Of a stretch of DNA of 64,000 nt, positions 17,556 to 27,286 are shown one piece after another; within the stretch, counting starts at the first letter, position 1; each line of letters starts with the position of its first letter. The position numbers were made by a program, and so were the translations under genes. Below the pieces are notes generated by a model. It worked only from the letters and a program-made list of their open reading frames with translations. It had not been told where the DNA came from and did no database searches. This DNA is from Candidatus Micrarchaeota archaeon. Its GTDB lineage: Archaea > Micrarchaeota > Micrarchaeia > Micrarchaeales > Micrarchaeaceae. The DNA is taken from NCBI GenBank assembly GCA_027365565.1, contig DAHXMI010000004.1, forward strand, positions 71,142 through 135,141, read 5' to 3'.

Positions 17556-18044
17556 TTATTTCTCGAACTTGTTGTAGCCGAGAGCCTTCGAGAGCTCCGA
17601 GATCCTCGTGTACCTTACATAGAGCTTGTCCGGCTCCTTGCCCTTGTATTCGACCGGCTTCACACCCTTGAACTCGTCCGGCACGCCCATGAACACCCTG
17701 AGCAGCCTGAACGCGGTCTTGCCCTTCGGTCTGTGATAAGGCAGCATGCCCCTCACTACGCGCTTCACGAGCATGTCCGGCCTCCTCGGCCAGTACGGCG
17801 AGTGCTCTGGGTTAGCCTTGTCCTGGAGATCCAGCCTAGTCTTGTACTTCGCCGTGAGCACTTTCGGATCCCCTGTTATTATCGCAGATTCGGCGTTTAT
17901 TATCGCTACCTTCTTGCCTGCCAGCAGCTCCTTCGCCGCGCTCGTCGCAAGCCTGCCGAGCACCTTCTCAGTTGCGTCGAAGACTACGTAGTCGCCGGCC
18001 TTTTCCTTGCCTTCCTTTGGCTTCGTGAGCTTCATGATCATCAC
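17556..18044 (-). CDS. rpl13: 50S ribosomal protein L13 (uL13)
   Basis: VVFDATEKVLGRLATSAAKELLAGKKVAIINAE is a uL13 signature. Confidence 0.9.
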   Translation of the reverse strand: MMIMKLTKPKEGKEKAGDYVVFDATEKVLGRLATSAAKELLAGKKVAIINAESAIITGDPKVLTAKYKTRLDLQDKANPEHSPYWPRRPDMLVKRVVRGMLPYHRPKGKTAFRLLRVFMGVPDEFKGVKPVEYKGKEPDKLYVRYTRISELSKALGYNKFEK

Positions 18045-18433
18045 ACTATGAGTTTTGCGTTCTTCGCCTTCAAGGCCTCCGCGAGGGGGACCAGGCTGCA
18101 GTTCGCCTTCTTCAGCTCTTTCCTTGCCGATTCCGAGAGCTCCATCGCGGCTATGCTCACCTTGTGGTCCATCGAGCCTATCGACAGGACCTTTCCGGGA
18201 ACTATGACCGCGTCGCCCTCCTTCGTGCTTCCGTTTATCCTGAATATGTTGACGCTTGGCCTCTGCCTTGAGGGCTTGCCAGCGAACTTGTATATCCTCT
18301 TCGAGAGGCCTGCGCGCTCCTTTGAAGAGCGCATCGCCTCAAGCTCCGCAAGCCACTTAACTACTACATCCTTTTCCGGTTGCTTCCTCATCAGCTGCAC
18401 CTTTCCTTTGCGGAGGGTGAGATTTGAACTCAC
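18041..18433 (-). CDS. rpl18e: 50S ribosomal protein L18e (eL18)
   Basis: PGKVLSIGSMDHKVSIAAMELSESARKELKKAN is characteristic of eL18. It sits at the conserved position between rpoD and L13. Confidence 0.8.
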   Translation of the reverse strand: MSSNLTLRKGKVQLMRKQPEKDVVVKWLAELEAMRSSKERAGLSKRIYKFAGKPSRQRPSVNIFRINGSTKEGDAVIVPGKVLSIGSMDHKVSIAAMELSESARKELKKANCSLVPLAEALKAKNAKLIV

Positions 18434-18502
18434 GCAGTCACTAAAGACACTGACCCCTCAAGCCAGCGCATTTGGCCGGGCTCTGCCACCTCCGCGTGAA
18501 TC

Positions 18503-19081
18503 TCAGAGCTTCTTGACACCTTTCTCGACGTCCTTGAGCTCTTGTTTTATTACCTCCAAAGCCTTATTAACTATTTCCTTGGGTGGCATCTGGCCAAATG
18601 TCTCAACGTAAAACTCATATGTGTCATCGTTCTTCATTTCATAAGTGATTAGGCCTGGCTGGAACTTAGCATGCTTGATCCCCATGCCCATGACCGCCTT
18701 GCCCTCGAGCCTCAGCTTCTGCTCATCGTCCAGTTTCATTATTGGTATGTCTCCGTTCGCGACCTTGACCACCTTGTCTGCCGTGTCGAGGTCCCTGGAA
18801 TAAGCGGTGCCCTTGCCCTGCTTGTCAAGCGTGAACAGTATCTCGTCTGTATCGCTGTATCCCTTCGAAGGAGTCAGTATTGGTATGAGCCCGAGCCTGT
18901 GCGCTATGTACTCGTCAAACATCGAGGTCGTATTCTCGTGTATCGTCACCTTGTCGATCGCGAATGTCTTGACGCTGTTCATCGCGATCCTTCTCAGCGC
19001 GTTGGCAGTCGCATGGTTCGTGCCGCTGAGCCTGAACCTGAACGTCTTGTCATTGTCCTCGAGGATTTCGATCTTCATCAA
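18503..19081 (-). CDS. rpoD: DNA-directed RNA polymerase subunit D (Rpb3 homologue), short form without Fe-S domain
   Basis: 192 aa. Dimerisation-domain motifs are present (ANALRRIAM, HRLGLIPI). The sequence contains no cysteine at all. Confidence 0.8.
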   Translation of the reverse strand: MMKIEILEDNDKTFRFRLSGTNHATANALRRIAMNSVKTFAIDKVTIHENTTSMFDEYIAHRLGLIPILTPSKGYSDTDEILFTLDKQGKGTAYSRDLDTADKVVKVANGDIPIMKLDDEQKLRLEGKAVMGMGIKHAKFQPGLITYEMKNDDTYEFYVETFGQMPPKEIVNKALEVIKQELKDVEKGVKKL

Positions 19082-19225
19082 GTCACTCTTTCGATAGGTA
19101 GCCCGCGCGGAATACGTAAGCGCAGGGTATTAAGCATGCGTTGATATAAGTAGCTATGCCTATTGCGAATACTATTTATGTTGCGAAGGTTTAAATAGAT
19201 TTATACGTGGGCGGGAGGTGTTTGG

Positions 19226-19834
19226 TTGGGCTTTGAGGAAGTGGTGGCAAAGGAATCTGCGCAGAAGGATTTCGGTTCGGAGCGATACGCAAGGCAATAC
19301 AGGGCCCGCAGCCACATCTCCATCAGCAAAGTGGACGAGTTCGGCTCTTCCGTGTATGTGGGCACGGATGGCTACACATCTGCGAGATACTCTGAATCGG
19401 CAGCGCCCGCATACATCGCGGCCAAGGGGCTTTCGTACGACTGGGTAGTCACGCTGTATGACATAAACAGCAATACGGGAGGGATGTGGAGGTCTTACAA
19501 GGCCGATTTCATGCAGGAGATGGAAACGTTCATGAAGCAGTTGCCGAGGAGCGCCGACGTGGAAGCCAGGATAATAGGGCTGCAGGACGACCAGGATACC
19601 GCGGCACTGAAAAAGACGCTGTCTTTCCTCAATAAACACAAAATAACCTTGATGGAAGCGGATCTGTTCGGAGACGAGATTAGGCATGTCGCGTTCGACC
19701 TCAAGAGAGGCATGACGTTCGACATCCTTCTCGAGAACAGGATATACAGGCCAGGTGAGCTGAAGAACGCCGGGACTGCGGACCAGTTCGAGGCGCAGCT
19801 CAGGACGGAACTCAATGCGAAGCCCGGACAGTGA
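19226..19834 (+). CDS. Hypothetical protein
   Basis: 202-aa ORF with good coding character. No motif recognised. Confidence 0.4.
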   Translation: MGFEEVVAKESAQKDFGSERYARQYRARSHISISKVDEFGSSVYVGTDGYTSARYSESAAPAYIAAKGLSYDWVVTLYDINSNTGGMWRSYKADFMQEMETFMKQLPRSADVEARIIGLQDDQDTAALKKTLSFLNKHKITLMEADLFGDEIRHVAFDLKRGMTFDILLENRIYRPGELKNAGTADQFEAQLRTELNAKPGQ

Positions 19835-20363
19835 AGATATCCGTGTACTCCGGCCCTTCGGGCATTAGCACGCTCCGCTTCAGCTTCACCGAATCGCATA
19901 TGAAGGAACCGAAGTCGTGGTCCCTGTATTCCTTTATGCGTTCCGCCAGCTCCCTGCTGTGCGACTGGTTCCTGACGCGCGCTATGGTTATGTGCGGTGA
20001 GAATTCCCTCTCTTCGACTTCTATGCCTACACCCTTTGCAATATCTCTGAGGCGCGCGCTAAGCTCTTCCAGCTCTTCTCTTCCTTTGGCTACGCCTGCG
20101 AATATTACCCTGGGCCTGTCTGAGAATGCGCTTATGCCTTTGACCTGGACCACGAACTTCCTGAATGAGAAATCCGAGAGTGCTCCTACAAGAGCGTCGA
20201 TCTTGCCCCTTGAGACATTGCCGAGGAATGCGGAAGTGACATGCCTCTGATCGCTCCTCACTTTCCTTAGATATTCCGCATCCAGCCATTCAATGCCAGA
20301 CAGGTCCAGCACCTTTGCAGGGGCCTCGACGGCGAGGAAGAACCTGGTGCCTACACCGGACAT
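19812..20363 (-). CDS. RNA 2',3'-cyclic phosphodiesterase / 2'-5' RNA ligase (2H phosphoesterase, ThpR/LigT)
   Basis: Two H-x-T/S-x motifs: HVTSAF and HITIAR. Confidence 0.75.
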   Translation of the reverse strand: MSGVGTRFFLAVEAPAKVLDLSGIEWLDAEYLRKVRSDQRHVTSAFLGNVSRGKIDALVGALSDFSFRKFVVQVKGISAFSDRPRVIFAGVAKGREELEELSARLRDIAKGVGIEVEEREFSPHITIARVRNQSHSRELAERIKEYRDHDFGSFICDSVKLKRSVLMPEGPEYTDIFTVRASH

Positions 20364-20374
20364 GGCAACACCGT

Positions 20375-21952
20375 TTAGTGCGTGAACATCTCAGCATATG
20401 AGCTGAGCATGCTGACGGAACTGCCGACAAGCGGCACACCGCGCGTCAGGCGCCTTATACCTTTGAGGTCGCCCCTGTCTGCGCCGCCGAAGTATATGAG
20501 GAGCGCAGGATACAGCAGTATCTGCTCGATGAAAGCGGCTGCGAGGAGCATGATGTAATTGCTTACCACGAACATTATAGGCACTATCAGCGCTGCGCTT
20601 ACCGCACCGGCGAGAACCGTCCTGTAGGTCTTGCCGAATGATATTTTCACACCCATGTGCTTCCTTATGCCGTACAGGTACATCACGTTGGCTACGATTG
20701 GGCCGATTAGGTACAGCACGAGCGCGGCACCGATGCCCTTCGTGTAGTATATGAGGAAAGGTATCGATGCCAGCTGCACAAGGCTGACCACGGCACTGTA
20801 CTTGAACAGGTGCCTGGTCTTGCCGTTGCTTACGAACATCACTGATGCATAGCTGCCTGCAAGGCTGAACAGTATGCCCAGTGCCATTATTAGTATGTAA
20901 GTCGGCGCGAGCTTATAGATCCCGCTGAATGCCACATATGAGAACGGCTTCGCCAGCACCGCTATGAACAGCAGCATCGGAGCCGAGAATATCATTGCAT
21001 AGTGCATCGCGCTGTTGTAGAACTCGCTGCTCCTCTTCTTTTTGTTCTTGGATACCGATACAGATGAGAATGCCGATATGAGCGATATGCTTATCGAGCC
21101 GACGACGATGTCCACCATCGAGCCCAGCTTCGATGCCACGCCGAAGTTTCCTACTATCACGCTCGTGGCGAGCAGCCCGAGCACTACCAAAGTCATGTTT
21201 GACACGAGGGATCCAAGGACGTTCGAGCCTGCGATCGGCAGCGCGAAGCGGAATATGCGCGATATCTCCCCGCGGTTCGGTGCGGAAAGGCGTGCCATGC
21301 CGCCGAAGAATATGTAGTATAGTGACATGGCGTTTGCCGCAGCCATGCCAATCATGAGGCCTATGATTGGGCCGAGCGCCCCGAAGCCCAGGAGCACGAG
21401 CGCCACGCTGGCGGTCGATTGGAACGCTGCCTGCGTGATAATCACTACGCCGACGCGCCTGCCATTGCCATAGCCGACCAGGGCTGAATAAGAGACATAG
21501 AAAATCATCGACAGCAGCACTATTACCGATGCGATCTCCACCAGGTATTGGTAGCCCTGCGCATGCATCACCTGGGTGGTGATGGCGCTGCCGAGGGCGA
21601 ATGCAAATACCGTAAGTATGGCGCCGGCCGCGAGAACGATGTAAAGGCTGTTGGAGAGAAGCGGCCCTATCTTCTCCTTCTCGTGCTTTTCGACGTATTC
21701 TGACACGAACTTGTTTGCTGCACTGTCCAACCCGAGGGAACCGAATGCGCTGAATATGCCTATTATCGCAATTGCAAGTGTGTAAACGCCGTACTGCGAA
21801 GGCCCGAGGACCCTGGCGACTACCACGAAAGAGATCGCAAGAAGCACGAACGAGAGCAGCTTGCCGAGCAGCAAGTAGCTCGCCATCTTCGCGGTCCTTG
21901 CTCCAAGGCTTTCCACCTGCTCCTCTTCCAGGTATTCCATCCAATCACGCAA
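20375..21952 (-). CDS. Polysaccharide biosynthesis / oligosaccharide flippase (MOP superfamily, Wzx-like)
   Basis: 525 aa with about 14 TM helices. The N-terminus follows the Polysacc_synt pattern (KMASYLLLGKLLSFVLLAISFVVVARVLGP). Confidence 0.75.
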   Translation of the reverse strand: MRDWMEYLEEEQVESLGARTAKMASYLLLGKLLSFVLLAISFVVVARVLGPSQYGVYTLAIAIIGIFSAFGSLGLDSAANKFVSEYVEKHEKEKIGPLLSNSLYIVLAAGAILTVFAFALGSAITTQVMHAQGYQYLVEIASVIVLLSMIFYVSYSALVGYGNGRRVGVVIITQAAFQSTASVALVLLGFGALGPIIGLMIGMAAANAMSLYYIFFGGMARLSAPNRGEISRIFRFALPIAGSNVLGSLVSNMTLVVLGLLATSVIVGNFGVASKLGSMVDIVVGSISISLISAFSSVSVSKNKKKRSSEFYNSAMHYAMIFSAPMLLFIAVLAKPFSYVAFSGIYKLAPTYILIMALGILFSLAGSYASVMFVSNGKTRHLFKYSAVVSLVQLASIPFLIYYTKGIGAALVLYLIGPIVANVMYLYGIRKHMGVKISFGKTYRTVLAGAVSAALIVPIMFVVSNYIMLLAAAFIEQILLYPALLIYFGGADRGDLKGIRRLTRGVPLVGSSVSMLSSYAEMFTH

Positions 21953-22657
21953 CTATCTGAACGTTGAGTTCAGCACCCTAAGCATATGTATTATCTTAAG
22001 CTTCGACTTGCCGTGCCTCCTGTCCCTGAACGTTGAATATCCTATCTCCTTTATCCTGACAGACTTGTCGAGCATGCGCATCGTATCGAGCAGCACCTTG
22101 TAGCCCTTGTCCACGTATCCCTTCCTATTCTCCCTTATCACCTTCTGGAAGAGGTGCGTGCGTATGCCAAAAAATCCCGACATCATGTCACTGCACGTCG
22201 GCTTCCCGCGCAGCTTGAACACCGTGTATGATATCGTGTTTATGCCCTTGGAGAGTATCCGCCTGTGCAGCCCCCACTCCTTGACGCTGGTCCGTATGCC
22301 TATCGCCATGTCGTTCGAATCCAGGGCGTTACAGATTTTCTTTACGTTCTCTGCAGGATGCTGCATGTCGGCATCCATGACTATTATCTTCCTGGTCTTG
22401 GCATGCATCGCCGCATCGATGACGCTTACGGTCAGGCCGTGCGTCGGCGCCCTTCTCCTGTCCAGGAACATGGCCCTGCCGCCTAGCTCTCCGATCGCCT
22501 TCTCCGCCTCCTTCTTTGTCTTATCTGTAGACCCGTCATCGGACACGATCACGTGCACTCCCGCGTACCTTTTCGCGAGCTCTCTTATTATGCTCGAGAT
22601 GTTTCCCTCTTCGTTTAGCGTGGGAATTATTACTGTAAGATCGGAGTATTCAGCCAT
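21953..22657 (-). CDS. GT2-family glycosyltransferase (dolichyl-phosphate sugar synthase-like, DPM1/AglD-type)
   Basis: LTVIIPTLNEEGNI...VSDDGSTD...VMDADMQH are GT-A DxD motifs. The flanking fold is Rossmann-like. Confidence 0.8.
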   Translation of the reverse strand: MAEYSDLTVIIPTLNEEGNISSIIRELAKRYAGVHVIVSDDGSTDKTKKEAEKAIGELGGRAMFLDRRRAPTHGLTVSVIDAAMHAKTRKIIVMDADMQHPAENVKKICNALDSNDMAIGIRTSVKEWGLHRRILSKGINTISYTVFKLRGKPTCSDMMSGFFGIRTHLFQKVIRENRKGYVDKGYKVLLDTMRMLDKSVRIKEIGYSTFRDRRHGKSKLKIIHMLRVLNSTFR

Positions 22658-22801
22658 TCGAACGCCGGTGCCGCGCGTGCAATCTTTCTGTCTTTTATTG
22701 CTTATGTTGTCTATATTACTATATTGATTCTGGTTGGCGCTGTTTGCGGTTGTAGAATGTTATGATGCGATGCGATTTAAATTAGTGATGCTTGGCGTGT
22801 T

Positions 22802-23536
22802 TTGATGGGTATTTACATAGTGATCCCGGCGTATAACGAGGAAGGTAGGATAACGAAGACCCTATCCGATTATGGAAGGCTGATAGGGAAGGTGGAAGGG
22901 CTCAGGATAATCGTCGTGTCGGAGAGTACTGACGGCACCGACGGCATAGTGCGCAAGCACGCGGAGAGGCACAAGGAGATATCGCTCATCCCGGGAAAGA
23001 CAAAGAGAGGGAAGGGCGGAGCGGTGATGGACGGCGTGAAGATGGCACTGAAGGGCGCGAAGGGAAGCGACATAATAGGGTTCATTGACGCGGACGACGC
23101 CGTGACGTCCAGCCAGTTCATGAGGCTCGTACGCGCCATCAGGGGATACGACTGTGTTATAGGCTCGAGATATCTTGATGGCAGCAGGATCGTCGGCAGG
23201 ATAACCGCGCGAAGGTTTATAGCAAGCAGGGTATACAACGCTCTCGTAAGGCTGCTCTTCGGCATGCATTACCGTGATACACAATGCGGAGCCAAGATAT
23301 TCCGCGCCGACGCGCTGCGCGGCATCGTGCGCAGGATAGAGGTAGACGGCCTTGGGTTCGACGTCAACATGCTCTACGAGCTGGAGCTGCAGGGCAGGCG
23401 CATACGGGAGTATCCCATAGAATATTTCGTCAAGAACACCGGGAGGAGCGTCACGGTAGGTCAGGTTCTTAAGATGTTCGTCAGCACAATATGGTACAGG
23501 ATGGATAGGGGAGGGCGCCGATGGATCTCAAAGTGA
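22802..23536 (+). CDS. GT2-family glycosyltransferase (polyprenol-phosphate sugar transferase-like)
   Basis: YIVIPAYNEEGRI...SESTDGT...GFIDADD motifs. It is divergent from the neighbouring GT2 gene. Confidence 0.8.
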   Translation: MMGIYIVIPAYNEEGRITKTLSDYGRLIGKVEGLRIIVVSESTDGTDGIVRKHAERHKEISLIPGKTKRGKGGAVMDGVKMALKGAKGSDIIGFIDADDAVTSSQFMRLVRAIRGYDCVIGSRYLDGSRIVGRITARRFIASRVYNALVRLLFGMHYRDTQCGAKIFRADALRGIVRRIEVDGLGFDVNMLYELELQGRRIREYPIEYFVKNTGRSVTVGQVLKMFVSTIWYRMDRGGRRWISK

Positions 23537-24168
23537 TAGTGGATCAGCGCGAAAGGAACACCTCGCTGCTGAAAAGGCTTGAGGAAATCGGAGTCTCGAT
23601 AGAGGTCAGGACGCTGCCGATCGCTGACTACATAATATCCGACAGGATAGCCATAGAAAGAAAGTCGCTCCACGACTTCGAGAGCTCAATAATGAGCGGT
23701 AGGCTCTTTGAACAGCTCGGACGGATGAAGGAGCACTACGCATCGCCGATAGTGATTCTCGAGGGGGAGCCTGGCGAGTTCAGGCTGAAAGGCAACGTGA
23801 TATCCAGCGCTATAGCGCACGTGTACGTGGAGTACGGCGCAGGGATACTTGTGTCGTACAGTCCGGAGAACACCGCGGACATGATAAAGAGCATTGCAAA
23901 ATACGAGCAGTATGGAAATGCGAGGGCGCCTTCGCTGAAGGGGAGTGCAAAGGCCTATGCCGACAGCCAGTTCCAGGAATATGTGATAGGCAATCTGCCG
24001 GGAGTCGGGCCGAAGCTGGCAAGATCCCTCCTGAAACATTTCGGCAGCATAAGCAGCATCGTAGGCGCTTCTGTGGGCGACCTGACGAAAGTGGAAAAGA
24101 TAGGGAAGGTGAAGGCTGAGAGGATACATGGAATATTGCATTCCACATATAAGGCGGAAATGGGCTGA
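23521..24168 (+). CDS. Short XPF/ERCC4-family nuclease with C-terminal helix-hairpin-helix pair
   Basis: ERCC4 motifs ADYIISDRIAIERKSLHDF. The C-terminal HhH is IGNLPGVGPKLARSLLKHFGSI. Confidence 0.7.
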   Translation: MDLKVIVDQRERNTSLLKRLEEIGVSIEVRTLPIADYIISDRIAIERKSLHDFESSIMSGRLFEQLGRMKEHYASPIVILEGEPGEFRLKGNVISSAIAHVYVEYGAGILVSYSPENTADMIKSIAKYEQYGNARAPSLKGSAKAYADSQFQEYVIGNLPGVGPKLARSLLKHFGSISSIVGASVGDLTKVEKIGKVKAERIHGILHSTYKAEMG

Positions 24169-24178
24169 TGTCGGCCTT

Positions 24179-25558
24179 TCATACCTGCTTCTTCGGATCA
24201 AGAAGCTCGTCGAGCTCCTTTGCGCTGAGCACCTTCTTCTCGATGCACACCTGCTTTATTGTCTTGTCCTTGAGATACGCTTCCCTCGCTATCTCCGCTG
24301 CCTTTGCGTAGCCGAGTTTCGGGCTGAGAGCCGTGACAATAGAGAGGTTCTTTGACAGCTGCATTTCTATGCGGCGCGTGTTCGGTTTTATGCCTTTTAT
24401 GCACTTGTCGGCGAACGCGCGCATCGCGCCGGACAGGTAGCTTATCATGAACAATAGGTTATAGGCGATTATCGGCATGAAGACGTTGAGCTCCAGCTGC
24501 CCTGCATTGGCAGCCTCGGTTATCGCAGTGGCATTGCCGATCGCCTGGAAGCAGGCCATGTTCATCATCTCGGCCATGCTCGGGTTTATCTTGCCAGGCA
24601 TGATGGATGAGCCTGGCTGCACTTCCGGCAGTTTTATGTCGCCGAAGCCGTTAATCGGCCCGGAGCCGAGAAGGCGCATGTCGTTCGCTATCTTGTTGAC
24701 GATTACCGCAAGCTCCTTCATCGAATCCGCTACGCGAAGCTCCGCCATCTGGTTCTGCATGTATGAGAACTCGTACTTAGGCTGCAAGAAGCGCACGCCC
24801 GTGTACTTGTAGAGATTCTTGAGCACGCCATCCATATAGCCTTTTGAGACGTTTATGCCGGTGCCGACCGCAGTGCCGCCAAGCGGCACGGTTCTCAGCT
24901 TGTCGGCCGCTTCCTTTATCCCCTCTATCGCGAACGCGACTGCGCCATCATAGCCTGAGAACTCTTCTCCTAGAGTTATGGGCACCGCGTCCTGGAGGTG
25001 CGTCCTTCCCACCTTCACGATCCCGGAAAATTCCCTGCTCTTCTTGGCAAGGGCACCGCGCAGCCGCTCCGCTGCAGGGAGCAGCTCGCCCTTTATTTCC
25101 ATATAAGCGGCAAGGTGCACCGCAGTGTGGAACGTGTCGTTGGTCGACTGCGACATGTTGATGTGGTCATTCGGATGCACGACGCTGTAGTCGCCTTTCC
25201 TCCCGCCCAGAATCTCTATCGCGCGGTTTGCTATTACCTCGTTCAGGTTCATGTTGGTGCTTGTGCCGGCGCCCGCCTGGAATATATCGATGCTGAACTG
25301 GCTGTCAAACTTTCCGTTCGCTATCTCGTCGCATGCCTTCATTACCGCGGCGGCGCGCTTGATGCCGATCTTCGATGATAGCGCATTGGCCCCGGCGGCT
25401 GCCTTCTTCAGGATAGCGTACCAGTGGATGAACCCTGCGGGCAGGCTTATGCCCGATATCGAAAAATTGCCAAGGGCGCGCTGCGTCTCCGAGCCGTAAT
25501 AGGCGTCCGCAGGTATGCTGACATAACCAAGCACGTCCTTCTCTTTCCTGTATCTCAT
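24179..25558 (-). CDS. fumC: Class II fumarate hydratase (fumarase C / aspartase-fumarase superfamily)
   Basis: GSSIMPGKINP signature and TNDTFHTA are present. I chose the start at MRYRKEKDVLG (the track ORF extends 7 codons further upstream). The gene is adjacent to sdh genes. Confidence 0.85.
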   Translation of the reverse strand: MRYRKEKDVLGYVSIPADAYYGSETQRALGNFSISGISLPAGFIHWYAILKKAAAGANALSSKIGIKRAAAVMKACDEIANGKFDSQFSIDIFQAGAGTSTNMNLNEVIANRAIEILGGRKGDYSVVHPNDHINMSQSTNDTFHTAVHLAAYMEIKGELLPAAERLRGALAKKSREFSGIVKVGRTHLQDAVPITLGEEFSGYDGAVAFAIEGIKEAADKLRTVPLGGTAVGTGINVSKGYMDGVLKNLYKYTGVRFLQPKYEFSYMQNQMAELRVADSMKELAVIVNKIANDMRLLGSGPINGFGDIKLPEVQPGSSIMPGKINPSMAEMMNMACFQAIGNATAITEAANAGQLELNVFMPIIAYNLLFMISYLSGAMRAFADKCIKGIKPNTRRIEMQLSKNLSIVTALSPKLGYAKAAEIAREAYLKDKTIKQVCIEKKVLSAKELDELLDPKKQV

Positions 25559-25612
25559 GTCTCCACCACCTGAACGCACATACTGCTCTGCGCACTAATT
25601 TATTATGCGATG

Positions 25613-25783
25613 CTACAGCACGATCGAAATGAGAAATACAATGAACCCGACCGACACTGTAGCAACCGTATAAGCAGGAGTGAATGACGGCACGTACCTG
25701 TTCGCGAACCCTGCGGCCACCATAAGCATCAGCCCTATGAAGAAGAGCGGATATCTCAGCGCTTGCGGCAATAGCCTTCTCAT
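25613..25783 (-). CDS. Small (56-aa) hydrophobic two-helix membrane protein, translationally coupled to sdhC; possible SdhD-like anchor or accessory subunit
   Basis: Not in the ORF track because it is under 60 aa. Its ATG is 4 nt downstream of the sdhC stop. Sequence: MRRLLPQALRYPLFFIGLMLMVAAGFANRYVPSFTPAYTVATVSVGFIVFLISIVL. Confidence 0.4.
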   Translation of the reverse strand: MRRLLPQALRYPLFFIGLMLMVAAGFANRYVPSFTPAYTVATVSVGFIVFLISIVL

Positions 25784-25787
25784 CGTA

Positions 25788-26510
25788 TCACAGTTTCAGT
25801 ATGTGGAATATCACATGGTCCAGGGGCATGCCTGCGGACAGCGCCCTCATGTAGAGGTCGGTGAACACTATGAATATCAGGCTGGCCCACGCTATGGCCT
25901 CATGATGCGCGTTGAGCTTCGACTGCGCGTCGTATAGCCTTTTCCTGCCATGTGCGCCGGCCATGCAGCTGAAGCAGTCCTTCCTGCCGCCTATCAGGCT
26001 CCTCAGCGAGTGGCAGGAAAACACGTACATCGTTATAAGCACTGCGTTGACAGCCAGCACTATGCTTCCGAGCCTGAGTATGAGCCCGCCAGAGTATGAG
26101 AGCGAGAGGGCAAGGTCGTAGTAGAAGAATGGCAGTATGGCTATCGCGGCGTAAAGGAAGTACCTGTGCAGATTCTCCACCTTGAACACCGACGAGGTCT
26201 CGCCCGTATATTTTCTTGAGGAGCCGTCCATTCTCCCATAAGCCGGGCATGCTATTGGATGCTTGAACACGTGCCTGTTGTAGTCCTTCCTATAGGCGTA
26301 GCATGTCAGCCTGTACAGCCCCACCAGCGGCAGCACCAGTATGGTCGGCGAGTAGAACGGGTCTATGTAGCCCTTGAACTCGCCAACCGGGAACAGATAG
26401 AGCGCGACCGAGGCGATGGCTATCAGGAATATGAACGAGTACAGGCGCGGATTCAGCTCGAGGAATTCCGATGGTATCAGCCTTGAAGGCTTCCAGTTTT
26501 CCTGCGTCAT
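25788..26510 (-). CDS. Probable succinate dehydrogenase cytochrome b membrane anchor (single-polypeptide, multi-His, 5-TM type)
   Basis: 240 aa. Polytopic with several conserved-looking His residues in TM segments. It is immediately downstream of sdhA-sdhB with overlapping stop/start. Confidence 0.5.
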   Translation of the reverse strand: MTQENWKPSRLIPSEFLELNPRLYSFIFLIAIASVALYLFPVGEFKGYIDPFYSPTILVLPLVGLYRLTCYAYRKDYNRHVFKHPIACPAYGRMDGSSRKYTGETSSVFKVENLHRYFLYAAIAILPFFYYDLALSLSYSGGLILRLGSIVLAVNAVLITMYVFSCHSLRSLIGGRKDCFSCMAGAHGRKRLYDAQSKLNAHHEAIAWASLIFIVFTDLYMRALSAGMPLDHVIFHILKL

Positions 26511-27286
26511 CTGCTTCCCCCTCCTGTGCGGCCGCCTCTTGAAAGTTTCCTGAAGAGGCCGATTATCGGGTCGTAGAAGCCGTCTGCGGCCCTCTCCTTC
26601 TCAGGTATTATCGCGTTGTCTGTTATCTTTATGTGCTCGGGACAGACGTCCTGGCAGCATTTCGTCACGTTGCAGTAGCCGATGCCCTTTTCTTCGGTAA
26701 GTATCTCCGACCTGTCAAGCGAGTCGAGCGGATGCATGTCGAGCGATGCGGCCTTCACAACATGCCTTGGCCCGATGTATGTCGTGTCGTGGTCCCTGAC
26801 GACATGGCAGACGTCCTGGCAGAGGAAGCACTCTATGCACTTCCTGAACTCCTGCGACCTAGTTACGTCCATCTCGTTCATTCTCCACGGCTCCGCGAGG
26901 CCCTCCTTCGGCTTGAACTCCGGCATCGCCTTCTCGATCTCATAGTTCGACGAGACGTCTGTGACGAGATCCTTCACGAGCGGGAATGCCCTCATAGGCC
27001 CAACTGTTATCGTGCCCTCGATCGTGTCCACTCTCGTCTTGCACATGAGCTTTGGCATGCCGTTTATCTCGGCGGAGCATGAGCCGCACCTCGCTGCCTT
27101 GCAGTTCCATCTCACCGCGAGAGTGGGATCCACGCGCTGCGATATGTATGTTATAGCGTCGAGCACGACCATTCCTTCCTCTACCTTGACTTCGAATTCC
27201 TGGTAAGAGCCGCCGCTGCCGTCAGAGGGATCCTCCCTGTAGACCTTGAACTTGCGCACCTCTTCTTTTCCCTTGGGATCTGTCAT
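26507..27286 (-). CDS. sdhB: Succinate dehydrogenase/fumarate reductase iron-sulfur subunit
   Basis: The 2Fe-2S motif is CKAARCGSCSAEINGMPKLMC. Two 4Fe-4S/3Fe-4S motifs are present: CIECFLCQDVCHV and CCQDVCPEHIK. Confidence 0.9.
   Translation of the reverse strand: MTDPKGKEEVRKFKVYREDPSDGSGGSYQEFEVKVEEGMVVLDAITYISQRVDPTLAVRWNCKAARCGSCSAEINGMPKLMCKTRVDTIEGTITVGPMRAFPLVKDLVTDVSSNYEIEKAMPEFKPKEGLAEPWRMNEMDVTRSQEFRKCIECFLCQDVCHVVRDHDTTYIGPRHVVKAASLDMHPLDSLDRSEILTEEKGIGYCNVTKCCQDVCPEHIKITDNAIIPEKERAADGFYDPIIGLFRKLSRGGRTGGGSR

Noticed and set aside
17091-18611. 506-aa plus-strand ORF spanning the S9, L13 and L18e genes
   Set aside because: It is antisense to three well-supported ribosomal protein genes. 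It is Ala/Leu/Ser-rich with no motif. Long antisense ORFs are expected at about 52% GC.
20913-21944. 343-aa Arg/Gly-rich minus-strand ORF inside the flippase gene
   Set aside because: It is the +1 frame of the 14-TM flippase CDS, and its Arg-rich low-complexity product is typical of off-frame translation of a hydrophobic protein.
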